From the NCBI GenBank assembly GCA_963813535.1, contig CAWEZH010000003.1, forward strand, positions 800,001 through 864,000: a DNA stretch of 64,000 bases. Reading direction: 5' to 3'. Origin of the DNA: an uncultured Chloroflexia bacterium (GTDB lineage Bacteria; Chloroflexota; Limnocylindria; Limnocylindrales; CSP1-4). Of the stretch, positions 7,502 to 17,208 are shown piece by piece (the first letter of the stretch is position 1; every line of letters begins with the position of its first letter). Under the pieces are notes generated by a model. That model was given only the letters and a program-made list of their open reading frames with translations. It searched no databases and was not told the origin of the DNA. Position numbers and translations under genes: made by a program.

Positions 7502-8770
7502 ATGGCCGACCAGATCCGTGTCCTGATCGTCGACGATATCCCGGAGACGCGCGACCACCTCTCGAAGCTCCTGGGCTTCGAGGGCGACATCGATGTCGTC
7601 GGTGCCGCCGCGTCCGGGACCGAAGCACTCACGCTCGCGACATCGCTCACGCCGGACATCGTCCTGATGGACATCAACATGCCGGACATGGACGGAATCG
7701 CCACGACCGAGGAGATGGCCCGCGCCGTCCCGACGGCGTCGGTGATCATGATGTCGGTCCAGGGCGAGGCGGATTACCTCCGCCGCTCGATGCTCGCCGG
7801 CGCGCGCGAGTTCCTCGTCAAGCCGTTCAGCAGCGATGAGCTGACCGCATCGATCCGTCAGGTCTACTCCCGCGAGCGCGAGAAGATGTCGCGCATGGCG
7901 ATCGTCGCCGCGGAAGCCAGCCACGGAGCCGGCGGGACCAGCCTGACCCCGAGCGGGGACCCCGGCCAGGTCGTGGCGGTCTTCAGCCCCAAGGGTGGCG
8001 TCGGTCGGACGACCCTCGCCGTCAACCTCGCGGTCGCCGCGGCGACCGAGTTCGGCAAGAAGGTCGTGCTCGTCGACGGCTCGTTCCAGTTCGGCGACGT
8101 CGGCGTCCTGCTGAACCTCAATCCCAAGAACAAGTCCATCGCCGACCTCGCCCCCGAGCTCGAGCAGCCCGGTCACGAGGTCGAGTCGATCGATACCTTC
8201 GTGATCAACCACTCCGCAGGCATCCGGGTGCTGCTCGCCCCGCCGAGCCCGGAGATGGCCGAGCTGATCACCCCGGTCGGGATCAGGCGCGTGATCGACG
8301 CCCTGCGCCTGACGCACGAGCTGGTCGTGGTCGACTGCACGTCGTTCTTCAACGACACGACGCTGGCGATCCTCGACTCGGCCGATACGATCCTGACGCT
8401 GCTCAGCCTCGAGATCACAAGCATCAAGAACATGCGTCTGTTCCTCGAGGTGTCGGAGCAGCTCGGTTGGGAGGGCGGCAAGATCCGTCTCGTGCTCAAC
8501 CGCGCCGACTCGGCGCTCGGGATCCGTGTCGCGGACGTCGAGCATTCGATCGGCCGGAAGGTCGATGAGACCATCGTCAGCGACGGTCGCACGGTGGTCT
8601 ATGCGCTCAACCGCGGCGTACCGTTCTTCCTCAGTAATCGGGAGGCGCAGGTCTCCCAGGACATCCTCCGGCTGGCACGCTCCATCGTCGGCGAGCGGGT
8701 GCAGGTCGCACCCACGACCGAGGACCCGCGCAAGGCCACGCAGAAGAAGTCGTTGTTCGCATGGCGCTGA
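7502..8770 (+). CDS. cpaE: REC-domain + MinD/ParA-like pilus assembly ATPase CpaE/TadZ
   Basis: Receiver (IVDD, LMDINMP) fused to SPKGGVGRTT deviant Walker A; between cpaB and tadA. Confidence 0.87.
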   Translation: MADQIRVLIVDDIPETRDHLSKLLGFEGDIDVVGAAASGTEALTLATSLTPDIVLMDINMPDMDGIATTEEMARAVPTASVIMMSVQGEADYLRRSMLAGAREFLVKPFSSDELTASIRQVYSREREKMSRMAIVAAEASHGAGGTSLTPSGDPGQVVAVFSPKGGVGRTTLAVNLAVAAATEFGKKVVLVDGSFQFGDVGVLLNLNPKNKSIADLAPELEQPGHEVESIDTFVINHSAGIRVLLAPPSPEMAELITPVGIRRVIDALRLTHELVVVDCTSFFNDTTLAILDSADTILTLLSLEITSIKNMRLFLEVSEQLGWEGGKIRLVLNRADSALGIRVADVEHSIGRKVDETIVSDGRTVVYALNRGVPFFLSNREAQVSQDILRLARSIVGERVQVAPTTEDPRKATQKKSLFAWR

Positions 8771-8828
8771 TCGTCGTGACCGATCAGGCCGTCCAGTCCG
8801 GCCCTCGGGGCAAGAAGGGGTGTAGATC

Positions 8829-10238
8829 ATGTCCCTGTTGAAGCGGATCGAGAGTGCTCGACCCGGTAGCGCCGGAGAGGCGCCCGCGGGTGGGGCTCCG
8901 GTCTCGAACGTACCGGCTCCAGTCGGTGGGCCGCCATCGATGCCGACGACGCCGCGTCTCCAGACGCAGGCGCCCGTCCGGGAGTCGTTCCGGGACGTGA
9001 AGTTCCGGATCCAGAACCGGGTCATCCAGGACCTGGATCCGAAGCTCGACCTGTCCAACCAGGTCGAGGTCCGTCGCCAGATCGAAGAGATCTTCGGCAA
9101 GGTCATCGACGAGGAAGGCCTCGCGCTGACCCGTGCCGAGCGCGTGCGGATGCTCGAGCAGATCACGGACGAGATCATCGGTCTCGGCCCGCTCGAGCCG
9201 CTCCTGCGCGACGAGTCGATCACGGAAGTCATGGTCAACGGGCCCCGCCAGGTCTATATCGAACGATCCGGCAAGCTCGAGCTGACCAACGTCGTCTTCC
9301 AGAACGACGACCACGTCATGCGCATCATCGACCGCATCATCGCCCCGATCGGCCGCCGCGTTGACGAGTCGTCGCCCATGGTCGACGCCCGCCTGACCGA
9401 CGGCTCGCGCGTGAATGCCATCATCCCGCCGCTGTCCCTCGTCGGACCGGTGATCACGATCCGGAAGTTCTCGGCGTCCCCCTTCACCGTCGACGACCTC
9501 GTCCGGTTCGGCACCGCGACCGCAGACATGTTCGACTTCCTGCGGGCATGCGTGGAGGCACGGCTGAACATCTTCGTCTCCGGTGGCACGGGCTCCGGCA
9601 AGACCACGACCCTGAACGTCCTCTCATCGTTCATCCCGAACGACGAGCGGATCGTCACGATCGAGGACGCCGCCGAGCTGCAGCTCCGCCAGGAGCACGT
9701 CGTGACGCTCGAGTCGCGACCACCCAACATCGAGGGCAAGGGCGCCATCCCGATCCGGGAGCTGGTGCGCAACGCCCTCCGGATGCGGCCCGATCGCATC
9801 ATCGTCGGCGAGTGCCGGTCGGGCGAAGCGCTCGACATGCTCCAGGCCATGAACACCGGCCACGACGGCTCGATGTCGACCGGCCACGCCAACTCGCCAC
9901 GCGACATGCTTGCCCGTCTCGAGACGATGGTCCTGATGGCCGGCGTCGACCTGCCGCTGCGGGCCATCCGCGAGCAGGTCGCGTCCGCGGTCGACCTCAT
10001 CGTCCAGCAGAGCCGGCTCAAGGACGGGACGCGCAAGATCGTCAACATCACCGAGGTCCAGGGCATGGAAGGCGATGTCATCGTCATGCAGGACGTCTTC
10101 GTCTTCGAGCAGACCGGCGTCGTCGAGGGCAAGATCCAGGGACGCCTCAAGCCGACCGGGATCCGGCCCAAGTTCGTCGAGAAGTTCGAAGTCATGGGCA
10201 TCAACCTGCCGCCCGGACTCTTCGGCTTCACCTACTAG
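8829..10238 (+). CDS. tadA: Tad pilus motor ATPase CpaF/TadA
   Basis: GGTGSGKTT, TIEDAAEL, LRMRPDRIIVGE, AMNTGHDG. Confidence 0.95.
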   Translation: MSLLKRIESARPGSAGEAPAGGAPVSNVPAPVGGPPSMPTTPRLQTQAPVRESFRDVKFRIQNRVIQDLDPKLDLSNQVEVRRQIEEIFGKVIDEEGLALTRAERVRMLEQITDEIIGLGPLEPLLRDESITEVMVNGPRQVYIERSGKLELTNVVFQNDDHVMRIIDRIIAPIGRRVDESSPMVDARLTDGSRVNAIIPPLSLVGPVITIRKFSASPFTVDDLVRFGTATADMFDFLRACVEARLNIFVSGGTGSGKTTTLNVLSSFIPNDERIVTIEDAAELQLRQEHVVTLESRPPNIEGKGAIPIRELVRNALRMRPDRIIVGECRSGEALDMLQAMNTGHDGSMSTGHANSPRDMLARLETMVLMAGVDLPLRAIREQVASAVDLIVQQSRLKDGTRKIVNITEVQGMEGDVIVMQDVFVFEQTGVVEGKIQGRLKPTGIRPKFVEKFEVMGINLPPGLFGFTY

Positions 10239-10249
10239 GGGGTTAGCTC

Positions 10250-11266
10250 GTGGATGCGTTCACGCTCGCCGTCGCTGCCGTCGCGGCCCTCGCGGTCATC
10301 CTGATCGCGTTCGGCGTCGCGGGCTCCGGCAGTTCCGGCATCTCGGACCGCCTCGAGCGCTACGCGTCCGGTCGCGGCGACGGCGCCAAGGCGACGGCGG
10401 CAGCCAGCCAGGGTCCGATCAGCGATCTCATCGCCCAAAGCCAGGCACTCGCCAACCTGAACAAGGTCGTCGAGGGTCGGGACTTCGGTGCGAACCTCTC
10501 GCGCGAGCTCGCGCGGGCGGACCTGCGGCTCAAGCCGTCCGAGTACCTCTTCATCTGGCTCGGCTCGATCGTCGGCGTCCCCGTGGGGATGTTCATCTTC
10601 GGGTTCTTCCTGCCGGCCCTCCAATCGCCGATCGCCCTGCTCGTCGGTGCACTCATCGGCTTCATGCTTCCGAGGTTCTGGCTCAATCGCCGCAAGAACG
10701 GCCGCCTCAATGCCTTCAACAAGCAGCTGCCGGACACTATCACCCTGATCGCGAACGCACTGCGCGCCGGCTCCTCGTTCCTCCAGGCCATCGAGCTCGT
10801 CGTGCGTGAGTCGCGTCCGCCGATCTCGACCGAGTTCAGCCGCGTCATCCGCGAGGTCAACCTCGGCCTGCCGTTCGAGCAGGCACTCGAGAACATGGTC
10901 CGGCGCGTCCGGTCCGACGACCTCGAGCTGATGGCCACGGCGATCTCGATCCAGCACCAGGTCGGCGGCAACCTCGCCGAGATCCTGGACTCGATCGCCT
11001 ACACCATCCGCGAGCGGATCCGCATCAAGGGCGAGATCCGCACGTTGACGGCGCAGCAGCGCCTGTCGGGCTACGTCGTCGGCTTCCTGCCGATCGGCCT
11101 GGCCGGGTTCCTGTTCATCGCAGCCCCCGGGTTCATGGACCCGATGTTCTTCAATCCCCCGGGTATCGCCGGCCTGCCGGCCGGCGTGATCATCCTGTTG
11201 TTCGGCGGGATCATGATGTTCATCGGCTTCATGCTCATCCGGAAGATCGTGGATATCGAGGTCTAG
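10250..11266 (+). CDS. tadB: TadB (T2SSF domain)
   Basis: QLPDTITLIANALRAG, GGNLAEILD. Confidence 0.92.
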   Translation: MDAFTLAVAAVAALAVILIAFGVAGSGSSGISDRLERYASGRGDGAKATAAASQGPISDLIAQSQALANLNKVVEGRDFGANLSRELARADLRLKPSEYLFIWLGSIVGVPVGMFIFGFFLPALQSPIALLVGALIGFMLPRFWLNRRKNGRLNAFNKQLPDTITLIANALRAGSSFLQAIELVVRESRPPISTEFSRVIREVNLGLPFEQALENMVRRVRSDDLELMATAISIQHQVGGNLAEILDSIAYTIRERIRIKGEIRTLTAQQRLSGYVVGFLPIGLAGFLFIAAPGFMDPMFFNPPGIAGLPAGVIILLFGGIMMFIGFMLIRKIVDIEV

Positions 11267-11269
11267 TCG

Positions 11270-12208
11270 ATGAGCGACATGTTGCCCATCATCGTCGCCG
11301 CGCTCGCCGCGGGATCCATCCTGCTCATCGTCATCGGACTCGCGGGCGGCTCGAACGTCGACCCGGTCCAGGCCAGGCTCACGCAGCTCGGGACGATGCA
11401 GGCCAAGAACCTCGAGGAGCTCGAGCTCCAGCAGCCGTTCATCGAGCGGACGCTGCGCCCCCTCGTCGCCAGTCTTTCGGGCCGGATGTCACGAGCAGCG
11501 TCGTCCTCGTTCACCGAGCGAACGGAGAAGCGGCTCGCCCTTGCCGGCAATCCCGGCGACCTCAGGGTGTCCGACTGGCTCGGCGTCAAGGCGATCGGCG
11601 CGATCGTCATGGGCGTCCTGTTCGCCTTCCTGTTCGGGGTGCTCGGCATCCTCGGCTTCCCGTTCCCGATCGGGTTCGGGCTCGGGATCCTCGGCGCCGT
11701 CCTCGGCTACATCCTGCCCGAGTTCTGGCTCGGCGGGCGCGTCAAGAAGCGCCAAAAGGCCATCCTCCTGATGATCCCGGACACGCTGGACCTCCTCACC
11801 ATCTCCGTGCGGGCTGGTCTCGGCTTCGACGCTGCCCTCGCCAAGGTCGTGGAGAAGCTCAAGGGTCCGTTGTCGGACGAATTCCGGCGAGCCCTCGCAG
11901 AGGTCCGCGTCGGCAAGGCGCGCCGGGACGCGCTGCGCGACATCGTGCCGCGCACCGAGGTCGGGCCGCTGACCAACTTCATCGGCGCCATCATCCAGGC
12001 CGAGCAGCTCGGCGTGTCGGTGTCGAAGGTCCTGCAGGTCCAGTCCGAGCAGCTACGCATCGAGCGCCGCCAGCGTGCAGAGGAACAGGCCGCGAAGGCA
12101 CCGATCAAGATGCTCTTCCCTCTCGTCGGATGCATCTTCCCGTCGCTGTTCATCGTCATCCTGGGCCCGGCCATCATCCTCATCGTCCAGAACCTGGGCG
12201 GCACCTAA
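11270..12208 (+). CDS. tadC: TadC (T2SSF domain)
   Basis: PDTLDLLTISVRAGLGFD, AEEQAAKAPIKMLFPL. Confidence 0.92.
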   Translation: MSDMLPIIVAALAAGSILLIVIGLAGGSNVDPVQARLTQLGTMQAKNLEELELQQPFIERTLRPLVASLSGRMSRAASSSFTERTEKRLALAGNPGDLRVSDWLGVKAIGAIVMGVLFAFLFGVLGILGFPFPIGFGLGILGAVLGYILPEFWLGGRVKKRQKAILLMIPDTLDLLTISVRAGLGFDAALAKVVEKLKGPLSDEFRRALAEVRVGKARRDALRDIVPRTEVGPLTNFIGAIIQAEQLGVSVSKVLQVQSEQLRIERRQRAEEQAAKAPIKMLFPLVGCIFPSLFIVILGPAIILIVQNLGGT

Positions 12209-12217
12209 CCCCGCGCG

Positions 12218-12580
12218 GTGACGGCCGCCCGAAACCACACCCGATCGAGCGACCTCGCCAGTGATGTCGAGGTCGCCGACTCGTTGTGGGGCAAGTTCAT
12301 GGGCCTCATGGGCCGTAAGCCCCTGCCGGCCGGCGCCGGGTTGTGGCTGCCCGATTCGAACGGGATCCACATGATGTTCATGCGCTTCCCCATCGACGCG
12401 GTCTTCGTCGGTCGACCCGACGAACGTGGGGCTCGCCCGGTCGTGAGCGTGCATCGCGCCTTGCGGACGTGGACCGGGCTGGTGCCATTCGTGCGCGGGG
12501 CGCACGGGGTGCTGGAGCTGCCGATCGGCGCCATCGACGCCTCAGCGACGCAGGTCGGAGACCTGATCCAGATCGCGTAG
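12218..12580 (+). CDS. DUF192 family protein
   Basis: EVADS...GLMGR...IHMMFMRFPIDAVFV...VLELP. Confidence 0.85.
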   Translation: MTAARNHTRSSDLASDVEVADSLWGKFMGLMGRKPLPAGAGLWLPDSNGIHMMFMRFPIDAVFVGRPDERGARPVVSVHRALRTWTGLVPFVRGAHGVLELPIGAIDASATQVGDLIQIA

Positions 12581-12661
12581 CGCGGTGGTGGCAGTGCGGC
12601 CTAAGCCTGGGTAGAGCTCCCGATATCTCCGCGTCGAGTCCTCCGTTGCATCCTCCCCCAC

Positions 12662-13348
12662 ATGACGACCATCGTGTCCGCCGTGCGGGCGGCCGCCGGT
12701 CGCGCGCTCGACATCGCGCTCCCGGCATCGTGCGTCGGCTGTGGCGTCGAAGGTCCGGCCATGTGCGGGAACTGTGTCGTCGCACTCGATTCGCGCCTCA
12801 CGAGCCCGGCCGGCGTCCCGATCGGGCTCCCCGGTGACCTGCCGGAGCCGCTGCTCCAGCTCGAGTGGGCTGCGCCGTTCCACGGCGTCACCCGTGCTGC
12901 GCTCCACGCCATCAAATACGGCGGGGAGCAACGCCTCGCGGAGCCTCTCGGTCAGGCTGTCGCCCGGCGATGGGCCATCGCCGGCGTCGGGGCGGACCTG
13001 ATCGCTCATGTGCCGGTCCACGTCGATCGCGCCCGCGAGCGCGGATACGACCAGGCGGAGCTGATCGCGCGTCATGCCGCGACCGCCCTTGGGCTCCCGC
13101 GTGCCGGGCTCCTCCGACGGTCCCGCGCGACGATCGCCCAGTTCGACCTGGACCGACGCGACCGGGCACGCAACGTCCGGGATGCATTCGTGCTCGATCC
13201 ACGGTCGGCGGTCGACATCCGGGGCCGTTGGGTGCTGCTGATCGACGATGTGGTCACGACCGGCGCGACCCTCGCCGCGTGCGCCGCGACCCTCCACGAC
13301 GCAGGGGTGCTCGGCGTGTCGGCGATCACCGTTGCCCGGGAACGCTGA
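12662..13348 (+). CDS. comF: ComF/ComFC competence protein (zinc ribbon + PRTase)
   Basis: CVGC..CGNC, RERGYDQAELIA, LLIDDVVTTGATL. Confidence 0.92.
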   Translation: MTTIVSAVRAAAGRALDIALPASCVGCGVEGPAMCGNCVVALDSRLTSPAGVPIGLPGDLPEPLLQLEWAAPFHGVTRAALHAIKYGGEQRLAEPLGQAVARRWAIAGVGADLIAHVPVHVDRARERGYDQAELIARHAATALGLPRAGLLRRSRATIAQFDLDRRDRARNVRDAFVLDPRSAVDIRGRWVLLIDDVVTTGATLAACAATLHDAGVLGVSAITVARER

Positions 13349-13373
13349 CCGAAGCACCCGGGTAGCCCGCGGC

Positions 13374-13379
13374 TATACT
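13374..13379 (+). promoter_or_regulatory. -10 element upstream of hpf
   Basis: TATACT, then GGAGG RBS and ATG. Confidence 0.5.
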
Positions 13380-13411
13380 CGGACGACGACCCGATAGCCC
13401 GGAGGTGCGGC

Positions 13412-14008
13412 ATGCGGACGATCGTGAAGGGCAAGAACGTCGAGGTCCCCGACCGAGTCCGCACCTACACCGAACGCAAACTCCATCGTCTCGAGCGACT
13501 GCTCGACGATCGGACCGATGCGATCGTCGAGTTCTCGAACGAGATGCATCGCAGCGCGTCCGATGCGCATATCGCCGAAGTCACGCTCGTCATAGACGGG
13601 CGCACGCTGCGCAGCCACGCGGTCGGCATCAGCTATCAGGCTGCCCTCGACGACGTCGTCGACAAGGTCGAGCGCCAGGCGGTCGACTACAAGGAGAAGC
13701 CGCGGCTCCGAGCCCGACCCGAAGAGGAGAAGCGGATCCTCCGCGACATCGCGGACGGAACGGCCGATCGAGGTCACGAGCGGCGGATCGTGAAGACGAA
13801 GCGGTTTGCGATCGAGCCCATGTTCGAGGAGGATGCGGTCGCCGCGATGGAGGAGCTGGGTCACCAGTTCTACGTGTTCGTCAATGCGGAGACCGAGCGC
13901 GTCGCGATCCTGTATGCCCGCGACGACGGCGATCTCGGCGTGATCGAGCCGATCGTCGGCGGCGAATACACCACGGGGCACGACAAGAGCAACGGCCGGC
14001 GGCGCTGA
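13412..14008 (+). CDS. hpf: Long ribosome hibernation promoting factor
   Basis: S30AE domain plus C-terminal IVKTKRF...PM..EDAV..MEELGH.F. Confidence 0.93.
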   Translation: MRTIVKGKNVEVPDRVRTYTERKLHRLERLLDDRTDAIVEFSNEMHRSASDAHIAEVTLVIDGRTLRSHAVGISYQAALDDVVDKVERQAVDYKEKPRLRARPEEEKRILRDIADGTADRGHERRIVKTKRFAIEPMFEEDAVAAMEELGHQFYVFVNAETERVAILYARDDGDLGVIEPIVGGEYTTGHDKSNGRRR

Positions 14009-14015
14009 CCGCTGG

Positions 14016-14966
14016 ATGTTGCCCGACGGTCGACGCCTCGGCGCGCACCTGCCGCTTGCGCCGGGGATGGTCAAGGCGATCGAGCGCGCCCACCTGATCG
14101 GGGCAAGCGCGATCCAGGTCTTCGCGGACAACCCCACGGCCTGGCGCCGGCGTCGTGAGCCATCGCCCAAGCTCGCGACGTTCCGGGAACGGTCAGCTGA
14201 GTTCGATATCCGGCCGGTGGCGATCCACGCCTCGTACCTGGTCAACCTGCCCGGTCCGGACGATGTCACCTTCGAGCGGTCGGTGACGATGCTGGCCGCC
14301 GAGCTCGACACGGCCCCGACGTTCGGGGCTCGGTTCGTGAACGTCCACATCGGATCGCATCGGGGCTCGGGCGTCGGGGTCGGCGTCGCCCGGCTCGTCG
14401 AGGGCATCGCGCAGGTGCTCGCGCGCTCGGACGCATCGTCGGCGGGGACGACGATCGTCCTCGAGAACTCGGCGGGTGGTGGTGGCGGCCTCGGCACGAA
14501 CCTCGACGAGCTCGTCACGATCGCGGACCGCCTCGATCGGCGGGGCGTCGACCGCGGACGCGTCGGGTTCTGCATCGACCTCGCCCACGCTTGGGGAGCC
14601 GGCATCGACGTCGGCGATCCAGCGGTCGTGGACGGGTTCCTCGCCGGCTTCGATCGGCACATCGGCCTCGATCGTCTGGCGCTGGTCCACCTCAACGACA
14701 CGCGGTCGGCGTTCGCGTCGCGCACGGACCGGCATGAGCACCTCGGGGCGGGTCGGATCCCGGTCGCCGGGCTGCAGCACGTGCTGCGCCACCCGCTGCT
14801 CACGCGTGCGACGTACATCCTCGAGACGCCCGGGATGGATACCGGCTACGACGCGGTGAACATGGAACGCGCACGCCAGCTGTGGGCCGGCGAGGAGCTG
14901 CCGGAGCTCCCGGACGATGCCTTCGAGCTGGCGGGAAGCGCACGTAGGCGGATGGCATCCGGATGA
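14016..14966 (+). CDS. nfo: Endonuclease IV
   Basis: GAH, HASYLVNL, LENSAG, CIDLAH, HLND, DRHEHLG, ILETP. Confidence 0.92.
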   Translation: MLPDGRRLGAHLPLAPGMVKAIERAHLIGASAIQVFADNPTAWRRRREPSPKLATFRERSAEFDIRPVAIHASYLVNLPGPDDVTFERSVTMLAAELDTAPTFGARFVNVHIGSHRGSGVGVGVARLVEGIAQVLARSDASSAGTTIVLENSAGGGGGLGTNLDELVTIADRLDRRGVDRGRVGFCIDLAHAWGAGIDVGDPAVVDGFLAGFDRHIGLDRLALVHLNDTRSAFASRTDRHEHLGAGRIPVAGLQHVLRHPLLTRATYILETPGMDTGYDAVNMERARQLWAGEELPELPDDAFELAGSARRRMASG

Positions 14967-16540
14967 CGTCCGAGCGGCTGGCGACGCTGGACCGCGTCGC
15001 GCTCCCCGCCCTACTGCTGCTGGCCGCGCTGCTCCGACTCCCCGACCTGGCGACGCGCGGCACCTGGGACGGGGATCAGGGTCACGACATGCTGGTGCTG
15101 CGGTCGCTCGTGCGGGACGGGGTGCTGCCGCTCCTCGGACCGCCGACGTCGATCGGGGATGTCCACCACGGCGCCTGGTACTACTACCTCCTGTCGCCGG
15201 CGGCGGCCCTGACGGGCGGCGATTCGCCGCTGGCGGTGGTGGCGCTGATCGCCCTTGCCGGGATCGCCGCGGTCGGCGTCGTGTGGTGGCTGGCACGCTC
15301 GATCGGCGGCCCTGTCGCAGGCGCGGTCGCGGGGCTCCTGATGGCGACGTCGGCCGCGGCCATCGATGAATCGACCTTCATCTGGAACCCGAACCTCATC
15401 GCCCTCTCGAGCGCCGTGGCGCTGGCTGCCGCCTGGCGAGCGTGGTCGGGCGGCGATCGAGGGTGGTGGCTCGTCGCTGCGCTCGGGACCGCGGTCACCA
15501 TGCAATGTCACGTCCTCGGCGTCGCGCTGCTCCCGATCGTCGGCGTCCCCTTCCTGCTCGACTGGCGTCGCCGGCCGCTCGGTGCGGTACCTGTCGGCGT
15601 CCTGGCGATCGTCGTCGCGGCCTACCTGCCGCTCGCGATCAACGAGCTGACCACGGGCTTCTCGGAGGTCCGGGCAGCCACGGACTACATCGCTTCGGGT
15701 CGATCGGAGACCGAGGCGGCGATCCCGGTCCGGTTCGGCATCATCGTGTTGCGTGTCGTCGGCTGGCCGCTCACCGGACTCATCACCGACGGGTTCGTCG
15801 CCGGGGCGGCCGCGACCGTCGGTGTCGTCGCGATCGTCGCATGGCGATGGCGCTCCACCGATGACTCGGAGCGATCCGTGGTCCGCTGGTTCGGCCTCGG
15901 ACTCCTCTGGTCGGCGGCGTTCCTGACGATCGCCGCACCGAGCCTGTCGACGGTCGTCCGTGGTCTGCCGAACGACCACTACCACGCATTCGCCGACCCG
16001 ATGGTGTTCGTGCTCGTGGGGCTTGGGGCCGCTGCATCGGTCCGGCAGCTTCGCGCGCCGCTCGGCTGGGCGTTGGCGGGCACCGCGGTGATCGCCCTCG
16101 TCGCGTGGAACGCGACGCACCTCCCGCCGGCCGTCCACCCCGATGGCGGCTTCCCGGCGGGCGATCTGGCGGCAGTACAGGTCGATCGGGCTCTGACCGA
16201 GGCCGGCATCGATCGAGGCGGTGTGGTCGAGGTGCGCTCGCTGCCCGAGTTCAAGTCGCCCGAGGCGATGGTCTACCCGCTGGCGCGGAAGGGACGGCCG
16301 TATGTGGCGACGCTTCCAGCCGGCACACCCGCGCTCGGTTCCGCCAACCCGTCGAGTGAGATCGTCGGTGTGACCGTGCTGTGCGACCAGCTTTTCCACG
16401 AGGCCATCGGCGCCGACTGCGGGGGGCCCGCCGAGGATGCAGAGGCGCGCGACCAGGGTCTGCCGGCCGGAGCGCTCCTGGACCGCTTCGAGGCGGCACC
16501 CGGCCGGTGGGTGTCGGTCTATGCCGCGGCGGGTGTCTGA
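14963..16540 (+). CDS. GT-C (ArnT/PMT-like) membrane glycosyltransferase
   Basis: WDGDQGHD, LLGPPTS, YYYLL, IWNPN motifs; many TM helices. Confidence 0.72.
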   Translation: MTSERLATLDRVALPALLLLAALLRLPDLATRGTWDGDQGHDMLVLRSLVRDGVLPLLGPPTSIGDVHHGAWYYYLLSPAAALTGGDSPLAVVALIALAGIAAVGVVWWLARSIGGPVAGAVAGLLMATSAAAIDESTFIWNPNLIALSSAVALAAAWRAWSGGDRGWWLVAALGTAVTMQCHVLGVALLPIVGVPFLLDWRRRPLGAVPVGVLAIVVAAYLPLAINELTTGFSEVRAATDYIASGRSETEAAIPVRFGIIVLRVVGWPLTGLITDGFVAGAAATVGVVAIVAWRWRSTDDSERSVVRWFGLGLLWSAAFLTIAAPSLSTVVRGLPNDHYHAFADPMVFVLVGLGAAASVRQLRAPLGWALAGTAVIALVAWNATHLPPAVHPDGGFPAGDLAAVQVDRALTEAGIDRGGVVEVRSLPEFKSPEAMVYPLARKGRPYVATLPAGTPALGSANPSSEIVGVTVLCDQLFHEAIGADCGGPAEDAEARDQGLPAGALLDRFEAAPGRWVSVYAAAGV

Positions 16541-16647
16541 CAGCGGATCCGCGCCGGACGTGCGAACGCCGGCGCCCCAGACGCCGGCGTTCGCTGTCCC
16601 CGAGACCCGGACGGTGGAGGGCGATCCGGGTCGTGCCCTGGAATGCT

Positions 16648-17208
16648 CTAGAAGCGGCCGGGGTTCCGGCCAGAACCTCGTGTCACGGATCGGACGGTGC
16701 TGACAGCCGTCACCCCGACCTGACCGGTCGGGCCGAGGCCGCCGACGCGCGCGGACATCGGGCGACCGCCCATCGCCGAGCCCATGGGTCGATCTGATCG
16801 TTCGCTCCGCTCGTTGGAGCTCGTGCCGGTGGAGCCGCCGCCCGGGAAGGCGCGGCCGAAGCGGCGCATGCGCACCGCCAGGTAGTACTCCATGATCTGG
16901 CGGACCTGCGGCTCGGAGAGCAGGTCGTCCGCGCGGAGCGCGTACTCGACGCGAGCCGTGGGGTTCGTCGCGCCCGCGGCGACGAGGCCGAGGTATTGGG
17001 GGGTATCGGCGTCATCGCGCAACTCGCGCAGACCACGGGCGAGCTTGGTCGCCGTCCCGAGGGACGGCATCCGGTCACCCCGGATCAAGCGCGAGATCGT
17101 CGAGTGATCGACCCCGGACTGTTGGGCCAACTGCCGCTGCGACATCTTCTTGGCCTTGAGCTGCGCTTGTAGCCATTCGTTGAACGCTCGGCCGTTCTGA
17201 GTGGTCAT
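16648..17208 (-). CDS. XRE-family HTH transcriptional regulator
   Basis: MSQRQLAQQSGVDHSTISRLIRGDRMPS; AGGAG upstream. Confidence 0.85.
   Translation of the reverse strand: MTTQNGRAFNEWLQAQLKAKKMSQRQLAQQSGVDHSTISRLIRGDRMPSLGTATKLARGLRELRDDADTPQYLGLVAAGATNPTARVEYALRADDLLSEPQVRQIMEYYLAVRMRRFGRAFPGGGSTGTSSNERSERSDRPMGSAMGGRPMSARVGGLGPTGQVGVTAVSTVRSVTRGSGRNPGRF

Noticed and set aside
12581-12640. tRNA-like stretch after DUF192
   Set aside because: No T-arm (GTTCRA) and no cloverleaf
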